Shown here: piece after piece, positions 28,255 through 42,810 of the stretch
How positions within the stretch are numbered: the stretch's first letter is position 1
Layout: every line of letters starts with the position of its first letter
NCBI GenBank assembly: GCA_964016885.1
Contig: OZ024765.1
Span: 2,108,001-2,172,000, forward strand
DNA: 64,000 bases
From: Eledone cirrhosa
Taxonomy: Eukaryota
Reading direction: 5' to 3'
Position numbers and translations under genes: made by a program
The notes under the pieces: model-generated
What the model saw: only the letters and a program-made list of their open reading frames with translations
Told to the model about the DNA's origin: nothing
The model's database searches: none

Positions 28255-28929
28255 AATTAAATATGTAATTGAATATGATGTAATATTGATTCTTTTGGGA
28301 CAGCCTTTTATCTGAAAGTCTGATAAATAATGTTTATTTTCAAGGGAAATAACCTAGAAATTACTAACTAAGGTGGAGAACAATTATTACATAGTTCTCT
28401 CCCTTGGATGATTTTTTTTTTTTTTTTGCCACCCTAAACGCGGTATAACAGAACTTCTGTTGCGGCATTTAACAAGATGTAAATTATATCTGTTCGATTA
28501 TCTAGAGAACGCGGTCTATCTGTTTGGCCGTCGGTTTTCCTCCCCCCCTCTCTCTCTCTCGCTCTCCCGCCCTCTCTCTCACTGTCTGTTGCTCTCTCTC
28601 TCTCCCTCTCTCTCACTGTCTGTCGCCGTCTCTCTCTCTCTAGCGTATGTCTCTCTCTCTCTCGCTGTCTATCTCTGTCTCTGTCTTTCTGTCTTCCACT
28701 CTCTCTCTGTGTCTCACTCGCTCTCTCTCTCTCTCTGTCTGTCCCCCTCTCTCTATCTGTCTGGCTGTCTGTCTATCTGTCTCTCCCTCTCTCTGTCTGT
28801 CTCGCCCGCTGTATATCTCTGTCTGTCTGTCTGTCTGCCTGCCTGTCACACTCTCTCCCTGTTTCTCTGTCTATCTCTCTCTGTTTCTCACTGGCTGTCA
28901 CTATGTCTATCTCTCTCTCTCTCTCTTTG

Positions 28930-28963
<34 letters not shown>

Positions 28964-29013
28964 CCCCTCTCTCTCTCTCCGTCTCCCCGTCTCTCTCCCC
29001 CTCTGTCTCTCTG

Positions 29014-29057
<44 letters not shown>

Positions 29058-29286
29058 ACCCGCCACCTCTCTCTCCCCCACTCCCCCCCTCTATATGTCT
29101 ACCTATCTATATATCCATCTGTCTAAACAACTATACTATCTATTCCTCACCTCCGCCATATTGAAACCCACTACTCACCATCTACCCACACCCGTCTCAC
29201 ACCCACCCACCATAACCCAACAACCTGTATATATAACGAAACCAGGACGTTGTCAACAGTTTGGATGGTACCACCCATGTCAACTC

Positions 29287-29375
29287 CCATATCTGAAGAA
29301 ATATCGATGAAGAGTCGGGACCCGATCACATAATCAAACCCGAGCTGATCGATAGAGAAAACAATTGAAATATGG
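29287..29375 (+). ncRNA. Degenerate type I hammerhead (family D)
   Basis: CCAUAU-CUGAAGA-(UAUCGAU/AUCGAUA)-GAAA-aCAAUUG-aa-AUAUGG; cleavage triplet mutated. Confidence 0.5.
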
Positions 29376-29860
29376 AATAAAGTTTACAGAAAGCTGCAAT
29401 ACATATTGTCACTTTAGATGTCAACATAAATGGACCTGCCATTTTTATCTAAAGACATTTGTTCCAATTCCAGCCCGCCCATCCCTTCAATCTATCTTAT
29501 TCCCCGTTCTTTCTTCTGATGAAGGACTAGCGTCCTTTTCCTGCTATATCAAGTGTTAACCTAATATATACTATTCTAATGTATATTATTCTATGTACTA
29601 TACATACACCTTTTACGAGTTGTAGTGCACCTGAGCACTTTACACAATAATTTCATTATTATCATTATTATTATACCTTCCATATACTGTACCGATTGTG
29701 TTGTTATTTCTGTTACCTTCTACGTACGTCAATACTCATCTTTTTCCATTTCTCCGAGGGTTCTTCTAAATAATTTCTTTAATTTCTTTAGTCAAAATAC
29801 GGCGATAGCTTACATTTCTAATAATTTCAAACCCACTCGCTGTTTCGGAAATATTCTTAC

Positions 29861-29926
<66 letters not shown>

Positions 29927-30185
29927 ATAAATATGAAGACCAAAATCCGAAGAGGGCTTGATAAGGATTGTATATATATATAGGAATGGCTTCTACAGGA
30001 CTAGAACTGTTTCATTGGGGAGACATAATAAGGATGCCGACTGTCCAAGTAATATGGTGGTATTTATGGTGGTATTTATATCTTTTCTGGTGGTAGGAGA
30101 GGCTGGTGAATGGGATGGGTGGAGGTCATTGGTTGATGGGTTTAAAGAAAAGGGAATTCTTTAAAAAACTATATTTAGTGAAACA

Positions 30186-30277
<92 letters not shown>

Positions 30278-30290
30278 TGTTTCACTAGAA

Positions 30291-30594
30291 AGAGTGGGTA
30301 ATAGGAACGAGTAGGGCCCCGATGGCTGAGCTCAAGCCGTTTCGACGGCTAGTTCTGAACATATTAGTCCAGAATTACCCGTCGAAACGGCTTGAGCTCA
30401 GCCGTCGGGGTCCTACTCGTTCCTATATATATAACAAAGGAGGTGTGGTAAGATACCAAGTGGACTTAGGGCTAATATGAAAATATTCAGGACCCCAACG
30501 GCTGAGCTCCGGCTGTTTCGACAGCTAGATCTGAACAGAGTTTGTATCTAGCTGTTGAAACGTCGGAGCTCAGCCGTCGGGGTCCTGAATCTTT
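30291..30594. mobile_element. Two adjacent family A / A-variant palindromic insertions
   Basis: 30291-30425 canonical; 30431-30594 variant (ggaccccaacggctgagctccggctgtttcg...); related half copy at 57515-57585. Confidence 0.7.
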
Positions 30595-30738
30595 ATATAT
30601 ATATATATATATATGTAGGAGGTGAGTTTTATTGTAGAACAATAAAACTATGCATATATCGGTTAAGTAGCACTCAACAGTTTATTGGACTGGAGTATAT
30701 ATAAGAAGAAATTAAAAGATGGTTAAAAAAGTTCCATA

Positions 30739-30809
30739 TATTTTATTATGTGCATTTCAAAAACAAATATCATTCTGGGACGATTGTTGCGTTCTCATCA
30801 GATAAAATA
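30739..30809 (-). ncRNA. Type I hammerhead ribozyme (family C, long arm)
   Basis: Reverse complement of 31055-31125 with one substitution; full CUGAUGA/GAAA/UA core. Confidence 0.75.
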
Positions 30810-30985
30810 ATTGTTTCTACTTTAGGCACAAGGCCAGCAATTATCCAGTGCATTACTGGCACTTTATTTTATCGACCCCGTGAGGATGAAAGGCAAAGTC
30901 AACCTCGGCGGGATTTGAACTCAGATCATAAAGGGACGTAACTATGCTGGAAAGCATGGCGTCCGACCCTCTACCGATACTGCCA
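30810..30985 (-). mobile_element. tRNA-derived SINE, family 1, inserted into a family C hammerhead element
   Basis: Interrupts the left arm of palindrome 30613-31160. Confidence 0.85.
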
Positions 30986-31054
30986 ACATGATATGATGCC
31001 TAAAAAACACTTTCTTATTCACAAGTGTTTTTTAGGCATCATATCATGTTACCT

Positions 31055-31125
31055 TATTTTATCTGATGAGAACGCAACTATCGTCCCAGAATGATATTTG
31101 TTTTTGAAATGCACATAATAAAATA
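31055..31125 (+). ncRNA. Type I hammerhead ribozyme (family C, short arm)
   Basis: UAUUUUAU-CUGAUGA-stem II-GAAA-UGCACA-UA-AUAAAAUA. Confidence 0.75.
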
Positions 31126-31155
31126 TATGGAACTTTTTTAACCATCTTTTAATTT

Positions 31156-31255
<100 letters not shown>

Positions 31256-31546
31256 ATATTAATAAATGGAAACTATATTTATAAAACCATAATTATTTTA
31301 TTATATATATTTCAAATATTTTTTTCTCTATCTCTCTCCCTCTCAATTGTTTGTCTCTCTCCCTTTTACATCTATTTTCTTCCAACAGTTTAATTTAAAT
31401 AAACCGTTGTTTTTTTCCAATGTTTCTGACACTCACAACTCTGTATCACCCTCAATTACCTCCACTATCCAGCGTCCAGCGAATTTCAACAGTTAAGGTT
31501 GTCTTTTTTCCCCGGTATGTAAATATTTATTTATAAAACAAATCTG

Positions 31547-31612
31547 TATTTTATCTGATGAAAGCGCACCATAATTTACCTTGGTCGCCCTTGAAATATA
31601 TATAATAAAATA
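31547..31612 (+). ncRNA. Type I hammerhead ribozyme (family E)
   Basis: UAUUUUAU-CUGAUGA-AAG.GCACCA..UGGUCGC.CUU-GAAA-UAUAUA-UA-AUAAAAUA; inside head-to-head element 31251-31747. Confidence 0.78.
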
Positions 31613-31743
31613 ATTATGGTTTTACAAATATAGTTTCCATTTATTAATATATTGTATATTTACTCCACTAAACTGTTGAGTGCTTTATATCAGTTATAAA
31701 AATCTTTAAGCTTGTTGTCTCCCAACAAATTAAATATAACCTC

Positions 31744-31794
<51 letters not shown>

Positions 31795-31930
31795 GTGTAT
31801 GTATGTGTGTTGGCCACAAACACAGATGTGAAAAAATCAATGTTTGTTTGCTGCAGCAGTCAGAAGATCACTCCTTCACATATCACCAGATGGGGCTGAG
31901 AGCAAGTAAACACACACATCTGCGTGTGTT

Positions 31931-31980
<50 letters not shown>

Positions 31981-32245
31981 TATATATGATGGACTCTCCC
32001 GTCGATATCCGATGTATGAGTGTCCAACAAAAGTTAAATGTGAGAAAGTGAACTGATCTTGAACTACCCACACCAAGTTTTGTTTTAAGGGGTGAAGGTT
32101 TGTGTAGGACCAACCACAGTTTTTGGGGAACTGACGACAGATATTGTTGGTGCAAATGTTTGCCACGGAAAATACAACGGCAGCCCTCACCTTTTTATGC
32201 CTCGGAGTTTAACTTCTCCGTATATATATATATATATATATACAC

Positions 32246-32319
<74 letters not shown>

Positions 32320-32435
32320 GTGCTTTTTGTTGTGACACCTACACGACCACTTTACAGTGCGGGCTGGATGTTTTGTGGTACCAACATAATACATATATAT
32401 ATGATAATGATATATATATGTATATATATATATAT

Positions 32436-32640
32436 AAAAAGGAAGTGTGGTAAGGAACCAGATGGACCATAACGCACCAGAGTACTCAATACTTAGGGTA
32501 GTAGAATGGGTAATAGGAAAAGGTATGACCCCGACAGCAGAGCTCAAGCCGTTTCGACGGTTATTTCTGGACTGATTTATGTCCAGAAATAGCCGTCGAA
32601 ACGGCTTGAGCTCTGCCGTCGGGTTCATACCTTTTCCTAT
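32436..32640. mobile_element. Family A palindromic mini-insertion
   Basis: Same architecture; variant arm aggaaaaggtatgaccccgac. Confidence 0.8.
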
Positions 32641-32863
32641 GTATATATATCTATATCATTCATATTTGTGTGAATATAATATATATATATATGAGTTAAG
32701 GCTCTATTGATTTTTCCCTGGATTTCACTAAATTCTGTGGATGAATCTATATCCTGATTCTCTTTGAGATGAGTTTGAATTATTTTTCCCATTTTGACGC
32801 TATAGTCACTTATATATTATGGAATACTGTTGGCTTTTTGCTACAATGTTTTCTATACCTTTC

Positions 32864-32910
<47 letters not shown>

Positions 32911-33374
32911 TGTTATACTTGGGGAGGGTAATATTTGTGTAATATTACCAGAAATAATAACAGAACACACTCACTGTTTGGTTGGTTTTCGCTTCTGTAT
33001 CTTTTATATCAGTTAATTTATTCGGTCCTTAATGTTTACCATTTGTTTGTATATACATATATCATCACCACCGTTTTATGTCTATTTTCCACGCTAGCAT
33101 GGGTTAGACAATTTGTCCTGTTGTGTGCAATGCTAGATCAGGTGACCATATCTTACTAATACAGGAACTGATTCTGGCTTGATTTCTACAGCTGGATGCC
33201 CTTCCTAACACCAACCTCATTTACAGTATAATATAAAGCTCCAGCATGACCGCAGTCTAATGACTGAAAACCAGTTAGACAATACAAGAAAAAGACATGG
33301 TTATATGACATATATATATATAGAATCATCAGAACATCTGACTGATGAAATGACAAGTCAGACTATCATATTGG

Positions 33375-34575
33375 TGGCCTCCCCACAGCCCCGGTGGACA
33401 GAATGGAGAAGGCGTTTCCCCGGGGCACGGCAAGGGAGACTCGCTGGAAACGCCACTCCAGCTCGCAAGGGCTCACACCTGCGGCTGGCCAGCTCAGTGC
33501 CTATGGTGTTGAGTAGGGAGGTAGCCCTAGGGCCGACGAGGACATCAGAAGTCTCCACACCCGCGGCTGGCCAGCTCAGCGCCTATGGTGGTGAGTAAGG
33601 AGGTAGCCCTGGGGCCGAGGACACCAGAAGTCTCCACACCTGCGGCTGGCCAGCTCAGTGCCTATGGTGTTGAGTAGGGAGGTAGCCCTAGGGCCGACGA
33701 GGACATCAGAAGTCTCCACACCCGCGGCTGGCCAGCTCAGCGCCTATGGTGGTGAGTAAGGAGGTAGCCCTGGGGCCGAGGACACCAGAAGTCTCCACAC
33801 CTGCGGCTGGCCAGCTCAGTGCCTATGGTGTTGAGTAGGGAGGTAGCCCTAGGGCCGACGAGGACATCAGAAGTCTCCACACCCGCGGCTGGCCAGCTCA
33901 GCGCCTATGGTGGTGAGTAAGGAGGTAGCCCTGGGGCCGAGGACACCAGAAGTCTCCACACCTGCTGCTGTCCAGCTCAGTGCCTGTGGTGGTGAGTAGG
34001 GAGGTAGCCCTGGGGCCGAGGACACCAGAAGTCTCCACACCTGCGGCTGGCCAGCTCAGTGCCTATGGTGGTGAGTAGGGAGGTAGCCCTGGGGCCGAGG
34101 ACACCAGAAGTCTCCACACTTGTAGCTGGCCAGCTCAGCGCCTATGGTGGTGAGTAGGGAGGTAGCCCTGGGGCCGAGGACACCAGAAGTCTCCACACCT
34201 GCGGCTGGCCAGCTCATCGCCTATGGTGGTGAGTAGGGAGGTAGCCCTAGGGCCGAGGACACCAGAAGTCTCCACTGCCAAGGGGTAGCCAGTTCATCGC
34301 CTATGGTGGTGAGTAGGGAGGTAGCCCTAGGGCCGAGGACACCAGAAGTCTCCACTGCCAAGGGGTAGCCAGTTCATCACCTATGGTGGTGAGTAGGGAG
34401 GTAGCCCTAGGGCCGAGGACACCAGAAGTCTCCACTGCCAAGGGTACAACCGCAATCCTGTCGGAGAGTGACCGGCACTTGAAGAGATTGGCCTCCTCAG
34501 CCCGACGTGCGCAGAACCCGGGTGAGTGGCTGACTGCACCAGGTTGCAGCTGGAGAAGGTGTCGGTGCAAGTGGT
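33375..34575 (-). mobile_element. CRE-like (restriction-like endonuclease) non-LTR 3' fragment with internal 79/82-bp tandem array
   Basis: VVPLAVETSGVLGPRA..LLTTIG and EWRFQRVSLAVPRGNAFSIL; ~12 tandem units at 33478-34440. Confidence 0.75.
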
Positions 34576-34772
34576 TATATTAGGTATATATTTGTTTATT
34601 TGAAGAGAATCTGGCCACAGAGTGCTCAACGTACAGCTGTGTTAGAAGAGTGTAGAGTAGGCTTATAACTGTCTGGAGATAAATAGAATATGGTGGACCA
34701 ATGTCAACTGCAGGAAACCTTTAAGTGTGAGGAATCAAGCATGTATAACAACACTTAGGTATGTGAATATGT

Positions 34773-34817
<45 letters not shown>

Positions 34818-34871
34818 GCTGTGTGGGTGTGTGAGTGTACGTACACACACACACATCACATATATATATGG

Positions 34872-34902
<31 letters not shown>

Positions 34903-34997
34903 GGTGTGTGTGAGTGTGTACGTACACACACACACATCACACATATATATATATATGGATATATATATATATATATATGGATACTTATGTGTGCTTG

Positions 34998-35048
<51 letters not shown>

Positions 35049-35149
35049 GCACACATAAGTATCCATATATATATATATATCCATATATATCCATATATAT
35101 ATATATATATCCATATATATGCTTGTATATATATATATATATATATTTA

Positions 35150-35236
<87 letters not shown>

Positions 35237-35349
35237 GCACACACTTATGTATAAGTATATATATATGCACATATATGTATACTTATGTATGTATATATAT
35301 ATATGTATATATATGTATACTTATGTATGTATATATATATATATGTATG

Positions 35350-35382
<33 letters not shown>

Positions 35383-35585
35383 GCACATATATGTATACGT
35401 ATATATGATATATATATATGCACATTATATATATATATATATATATACTACACACACACTATACAGTCTATTAAGTCAAGAAGCAGACGTCAACTTGAGA
35501 CTAATGTAAACTCTACATGGAATTCCCATCGCTCATTATATTGTTTACAATTCTCTTAATATGTGTATATAAACGTATATAAACC

Positions 35586-35669
<84 letters not shown>

Positions 35670-35796
35670 TGTGTGTGTGTGTGTGTTACTCTATTACCTG
35701 TTCCAGCCGACAAGTCAAGGCCATGCTGGGAAACCCATGTTGGTGTGTGTGTGTATATAATATATATATATACATATCTCTCTCTCTATATATATA

Positions 35797-35842
<46 letters not shown>

Positions 35843-35849
35843 TATAGAT

Positions 35850-35902
35850 GAGATTCTACAGGACTAGAACTGTTTCATTCTTTAGAAATCATCAGGAATC
35901 TC
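35850..35902 (-). ncRNA. Type I hammerhead ribozyme (family B)
   Basis: GAGAUUC-CUGAUGA-uUUC uaaa GAAu-GAAA-CAG uucuaguc CUG-UA-GAAUCUC; perfect 7-bp stem I. Confidence 0.85.
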
Positions 35903-36027
35903 GTTTTCTAAAGAATGAAACAGTTCTAGTCCTGTAGAATCTCATCTATATTAAAACTTTTATACTCTGCTATGTATTGAGTACCTTACTTACTGTGGTT
36001 AACTCGGATTCAACCCGGAATAACTTA

Positions 36028-36170
<143 letters not shown>

Positions 36171-36320
36171 AGATATGTATACTTGGGGAGGGTCATATTG
36201 TTGTAATATTGCCAGAAATAACAGGACACACTCACATATACATATATATCTATCTACATATATATATCTATCATATATATCTATCTACATATATATATCT
36301 ATCATATATATATATAACTA

Positions 36321-36393
36321 TATTCATCTGATGAACAGGCCAGACGTTTCTGTAAGGATCGTCTAGTTCCCTGAAACCTTTGGTAATGGAATA
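36321..36393 (+). ncRNA. Type I hammerhead ribozyme
   Basis: UAUUCAU-CUGAUGA-stem II (AGACG/CGUCU)-GAAA-CC uuu GG-UA-AUGGAAUA. Confidence 0.65.
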
Positions 36394-36489
36394 ATTATAT
36401 TGTGTTGTTTATTATGTAAGTAAATAGCTCTGTACTATACATTGAGCACTCTTCTTTCCTTTACCTTTACCTTTACTACGGAAATACTT

Positions 36490-36771
36490 AACATACGTGG
36501 GGGCAGAGCCCTCAAAGTCTCTTTCCAGCAGGTCTCGTCAGAAGCAACCTTTTCCGACTTTTCGGGCTGGATCCCCAAATATGATCAGACAAGCTCATGG
36601 ATGTTATCCAACCATCTTGATCGGGGTCTACTCCTGGGTCTCCTGTCGGTTAGTTTTGTCTGTAAAATCTATCTAGGGATTCTTAATCTTATGGATGTTA
36701 TCCAACCAACTTGCTCGGGGCCTACCACTACGTCGCCTGTCGGTTGGTTTTGCCAGTAAAATCTGTCCAGC
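36490..36771 (-). mobile_element. RTE-like LINE 3' fragment
   Basis: RRPRSRPRSRWLDNIHEL motif; continues into the 65-bp array. Confidence 0.7.
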
Positions 36772-39700
36772 AATTCTTTCCCGAGACATTCTAACCACAT
36801 GTCTGTAGTCTCAGAGCTGTGATCTCTCAATTCAGAGATTCTTTGCCAAGACATTCTAACCACATGTCTGTAGTATCAGAGGTGTGATCTCTCAATTCAG
36901 AGATTCTTTGCCAAGACATTCTAACCACATGTCTGTAGTATCAGAGCTGTGATCTCTCAATTCAGAGGTTCTTTCCTGAGACATTCTAACCACATGTCTG
37001 TAGTATCAGAGCTGTGATCTCTCAATTCAGAGGTTCTTTCCTGAGACATTCTAACCACATGTCTGTAGTATCAGAGCTGTGATCTCTCAATTCAGAGGTT
37101 CTTTCCTGAGACATTCTAACCACATGTCTGTAGTATCAGAGCTGTGATCTCTCAATTCAGAGGTTCTTTCCTGAGACATTCTAACCACATGTCTCTAGTA
37201 TCAGAGCTGTGGTCTCTCAATTTGGAGATTCTTTCCCGAGACATTCTAACCACATGTCTGTAGTATCAGAGCTGTGGTCTCTCAATTCAGAGATTCTTTC
37301 CTGAGACATTCTAACCACATGTCTGTAGTATCAGAGCTGTGGTCTCTCAATTCAGAGATTCTTTCCTGAGACATTCTAACCACATGTCTCTAGTATCAGA
37401 GCTGTGGTCTCTCAATTCAGAGATTCTTTCCTGAGACATTCTAACCACATGTCTCTAGTATCAGAGCTGTGGTCTCTCAATTTGGAGATTCTTTCCCGAG
37501 ACATTCTAACCACATGTCTGTAGTATCAGAGCTGTGGTCTCTCAATTCAGAGATTCTTTCCTGAGACATTCTAACCACATGTCTGTAGTATCAGAGCTGT
37601 GGTCTCTCAATTCAGAGATTCTTTCCTGAGACATTCTAACCACATGTCTGTAGTATCAGAGCTGTGATCTCTCAATTCAGAGGTTCTTTCCTGAGACATT
37701 CTAACCACATGTCTGTAGTATCAGAGCTGTGATCTCTCAATTCAGAGATTCTTTCCCGAGACATTCTAACCACATGTCTGTAGTATCAGAGCTGTGATCT
37801 CTCAATTCAGAGATTCTTTCCCGAGACATTCTAACCACATGTCTGTAGTATCAGAGCTGTGATCTCTCAATTCAGAGGTTCTTTCCTGAGACATTCTAAC
37901 CACATGTCTGTAGTATCAGAGCTGTGATCTCTCAATTTGGAGATTCTTTCCCGAGACATTCTAACCACATGTCTGTAGTATCAGAGCTGTGATCTCTCAA
38001 TTCAGAGATTCTTTCCCGAGACATTCTAACCACATGTCTGTAGTATCAGAGCTGTGATCTCTCAATTCAGAGGTTCTTTCCTGAGACATTCTAACCACAT
38101 GTCTGTAGTATCAGAGCTGTGATCTCTCAATTTGGAGATTCTTTCCCGAGACATTCTAACCACATGTCTGTAGTATCAGAGCTGTGATCTCTCAATTCAG
38201 AGATTCTTTCCTGAGACATTCTAACCACATGTCTGTAGTATCAGAGCTGTGATCTCTTAATCCAGAGATTCTTTCCTGAGACATTCTAACCACATGTCTG
38301 TAGTATCGGAGCTGTGATCTCTCAATTCAGAGATTCTTTCCCGAGACATTCTAACCACATGTCTGTAGTATCAGAGCTGTGATCTCTCAATTCAGAGATT
38401 CTTTCCTGAGACATTCTAACCACATGTCTGTAGTATCAGAGCTGTGATCTCTCAACTCAGAGATTCTTTCCCGAGACATTCTAACCACATGTCTGTAGTA
38501 TCAGAGCTGTGATCTCTCAATTTGGAGATTCTTTCCCGAGACATTCTAACCACATGTCTGTAGTATCAGAGCTGCGATCTCTCAATTTGGAGATTCTTTC
38601 CCGAGACATTCTAACCACATGTCTGTAGTATCAGAGCTGTGGTCTCTCAATTCAGAGATTCTTTCCTGAGACATTCTAACCACATGTCTGTAGTATCAGA
38701 GCTGCGATCTCTCAATTTGGAGATTCTTTCCCGAGACATTCTAACCACATGTCTGTAGTATCAGAGCTGTGGTCTCTCAATTCAGAGATTCTTTCCTGAG
38801 ACATTCTAACCACATGTCTGTAGTATCAGAGCTGTGATCTCTCAATTCAGAGATTCTTTCCTGAGACATTCTAACCACATGTCTGTAGTATCAGAGCTGC
38901 GATCTCTCAATTTGGAGATTCTTTCCCGAGACATTCTAACCACATGTCTGTAGTATCAGAGCTGTGATCTCTCAATTCAGAGATTCTTTCCTGAGACATT
39001 CTAACCACATGTCTGTAGTATCAGAGCTGTGATCTCTCAATTCAGAGATTCTTTCCCGAGACATTCTAACCACATGTCTGTAGTATCAGAGCTGTGATCT
39101 CTCAATTTGGAAATTCTTTCCCGAGACATTCTAACCACATGTCTGTAGTATCAGAGCTGTGATCTCTCAATTTGGAGATTCTTTCCCGAGACATTCTAAC
39201 CACATGTCTGTAGTATCAGAGCTGTGATCTCTCAATTTGGAGATTCTTTCCCGAGACATCAGTGATTCTTTCCTGAGACATTCTAACCACATGTCTGTAG
39301 TATCAGAGCTGTGATCTCTCAATTCAGAGATTCTTTCCTGAGACATTCTAACCACATGTCTGTAGTATCAGAGCTGTGATCTCTCAATTTGGAGATTCTT
39401 TCCTGAGACATTCTAACCACATGTCTGTAGTATCAGAGCTGTGATCTCTCAATTTGGAGATTCTTTCCCGAGACATTCTAACCACATGTCTGTAGTATCA
39501 GAGCTGTGATCTCTCAATTTGGAGATTCTTTCCCGAGACATCAGTGATTCTTTCCTGAGACATTCTAACCACATGTCTGTAGTATCAGAGCTGTGATCTC
39601 TCAATTTGGAGATTCTTTCCTGAGACATTCTAACCACATGTCCATAGTATCAGAGCTGTGATCTCTCAATTCAGAGATTCTTTCCCGAGACATTCTAACC

Positions 39701-39961
39701 ACATGTCCATAGTATCAGAGCTGTGATCTCTCAATTCAGAGATTCTTTCCTGAGACATTCTAACCACATGTCTGTAGTATCAGAGCTGTGATCTCTCAAT
39801 TCAGAGATTCTTCCCGAGACATTCTAACCACATGTCTGTAGTATCAGAGCTGTGATCTCTCAATCCAGAGATTCTTTCCTGAGATATTCTAACCACATGT
39901 CCATAGTATCAGAGCTGTCATCTCTCAATTCAGAGATTCTTTCCTGAGACATTCTAACCAC
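36772..39961. repeat. 65-bp minisatellite, ~49 copies, derived from RTE coding sequence
   Basis: Unit gagacattctaaccacatgtctgtagtatcagagctgtgatctctcaattcagagattctttcct; minus strand reads IERSQL*YYRHVVRMSQERI. Confidence 0.95.
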
Positions 39962-40615
39962 CATGCTGTACCAACAATCTCCATGTCACCCCATACCACC
40001 ATACCATCCCATTCCATACCATCCTCTACAATTCCATCGCTCACCTATAAGCCACGCTGTACCAACAAGCACCATGTCAACCCATACCAACAAGCAGCAT
40101 CCCATACCATCCTCCACCTTACCATACCATTCCCTGCCAATGTCTCACCATTCAATGGTAGAAGACATTTCAACCCAACATATATTCCACATCAGTAGCC
40201 ATTACATACCCTACCATCCCATACCATACCCTACCATCCCATACCATACCATCACTCACCTATACCATCTTCTATCCTACCAAACCACCATACCATCCCA
40301 CTCCATCACACCTTCAATCACCCCTAAGCCATGCTATGCCAACAACCTCCACATCATACCACTACCATACCATTCCCTCTCCCCAATGTCTCACCATTCA
40401 ATGGTAGCCGACATTTTAACCCAACTACATATATTCCACATCAGTAGCCATGTTATATTTCTATATAACTTGGTATTTCACTTGGATACAAACTCCTTCT
40501 TCAGATGCCATTTTCTGTCTTTCTTCTTCTTCTTCGGCCATTTTGTGTCTTTCTCCATCACCTTTTCTCTCTCTCTCTTTCTTTCTCTCTCTATCTCTCT
40601 TTCTGTCATTCTTTC

Positions 40616-40680
<65 letters not shown>

Positions 40681-40984
40681 CTCTCTCTATCTCTCTTTCT
40701 GTCATTCTTTCTTTTCCCCTCTCTCTCTCTCCCTCTCTCTCTCATTCTCTATTTCTTTCTCTCTCTCTATCTCTCTTTCTTTATATATCTCGCTCTCTCT
40801 CTTTCTGTCATTCTTTCTTTTCCTCTCTCTCTCTATCCCTCTCTCTCTCTCCCTCTCTCTCTCTCGCTCTCACCTTCTTTCTCTCTCTTTCTTTCTCTCT
40901 TTCTTTATATCTCTCTCTTTCTCTCATTCTTTCTCTTCTCTCTCTCTTTTTCTTTTACATTCTTTCTCGCTTTCCCTTTTGTCG

Positions 40985-41034
<50 letters not shown>

Positions 41035-42503
41035 CTTCTTCTTCTTCTTCTTCTTCTTCTTCTTCTTCTTCTTCTTCTTCTTCTTCTTCTTCTTCTTCTT
41101 CTTCTTGTGTTTCATTTCGAAAGGATTGAGAGAGAAAGAGAAAGTATATGGTGTTGTTGTTGTTGTTGTTATTATTGGTGGTGGTGGTGGCGGTGGTGTA
41201 TGTCACACAGATGGTGATGGCAGTGATGATGTATGTGGTGTTGGTGGTAGTAATGGTGTATGGTGCATGTAGTACAGATGGTGTTGTTAGTGGTGGTAGT
41301 GGTAGTAGTAGTAGTAGTAGTGGTGGTGGTGTAGTGGTGGTGTAGTGGTTGTGGTGTAGTGGTTGTGGTGGTGGTGGTGTGGTGGTGGTGGTGGTGGTGT
41401 AGTGGTGGTGGTGGTGGTGGTGTAGTGGTTGTGGTGGTGGTGGTGGTGGTGGTGTAGCGGTGGTGGTGGTGGTGTAGTGGTGGTGGTGGTGTAGTGGTTG
41501 TGGTTGTGGTGGTGTAGTGGTGGTGCTGGTGTAGTGGTGGTGGTGGTGGTGTAGTGGTGGTGGTGGTGTAGTGGTGGTGGTGGTGGTGGTGTAGTGGTGG
41601 TGGTGGTGTAGTGGTGGTGGTGGTGGTGGTGGTGGTGTGGTGGTGCTGGTGTAGTGGTGATGGTGGTGTAGTGGTGGTGTAGTGGTGTAGTGGTGGTGGT
41701 GGTGGTGGTGTAGTGGTGGTGCTGGTGTAGTGGTGGTGGTGGTGGTGTAGTGGTGGTGGTGGTGTAGTGGTGGTGGTGGTGGTGGTGTGGTGGTGGTGTA
41801 GTGGTGGTGGTGGTGGTGGTGGTGGTGTGGTGGTGCTGGTGTAGTGGTGGTGGTGGTGTAGTGGTGGTGTAGTGGTGTAGTGGTGGTGGTGGTGGTGGTG
41901 TAAGTGGACTGAGTGTATATTTGAGTTAATCCAGTGAGGGATTATACACCACCAGGTAAGTTGATTGGTTAAGACGTACAGTGACATCTGGTGGAGAAGG
42001 TGCAAGTTAACAGCTGCCAAATATCCGGTTTGACTTCCAACACACACACACACACCAACACACACCAACACACACACCAACACACACACACACACATGGA
42101 TGCAAACACACTGACACACACACATACACTGACACAGATACACACTAGCACACAAACATGGTCATACACACACACACACTGACATACACACACACACAGA
42201 CACACACACACACACAGACACACACACATAGACGTGGCCATATACACACATACACGGACACACATTCGCTAACACACACACACATGGACACACACATACT
42301 GACACACCCATATAGACACACACATACACACACTCTGACACAGACATACATATATATAGAGAAATACGTATATATGTGAGAGTATGTACACACACATCCA
42401 CTCATATATATATATATATATATATATGACAGCACGTGTGTATACACCGAGATACCTAGTCTGTACGACACACTCTACAATGTGTATATATATATATATA
42501 CAT

Positions 42504-42549
<46 letters not shown>

Positions 42550-42758
42550 CACACACACACACATATATATATATACAAACACACACACACATATATATAT
42601 GTACATATGTGTACATACATACCCTCATATATGCATATATATATATATATATATATATGTATACATACATATACATACATACACATATATATATATATAT
42701 ATATCTATATATACATATATATATATATATGTACATATATATACATATATATATATAT

Positions 42759-42810
<52 letters not shown>

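Noticed and set aside
36772-39961. CRISPR-like regular array
   Set aside because: Head-to-tail units with no unique spacers, eukaryotic context, derived from a LINE.
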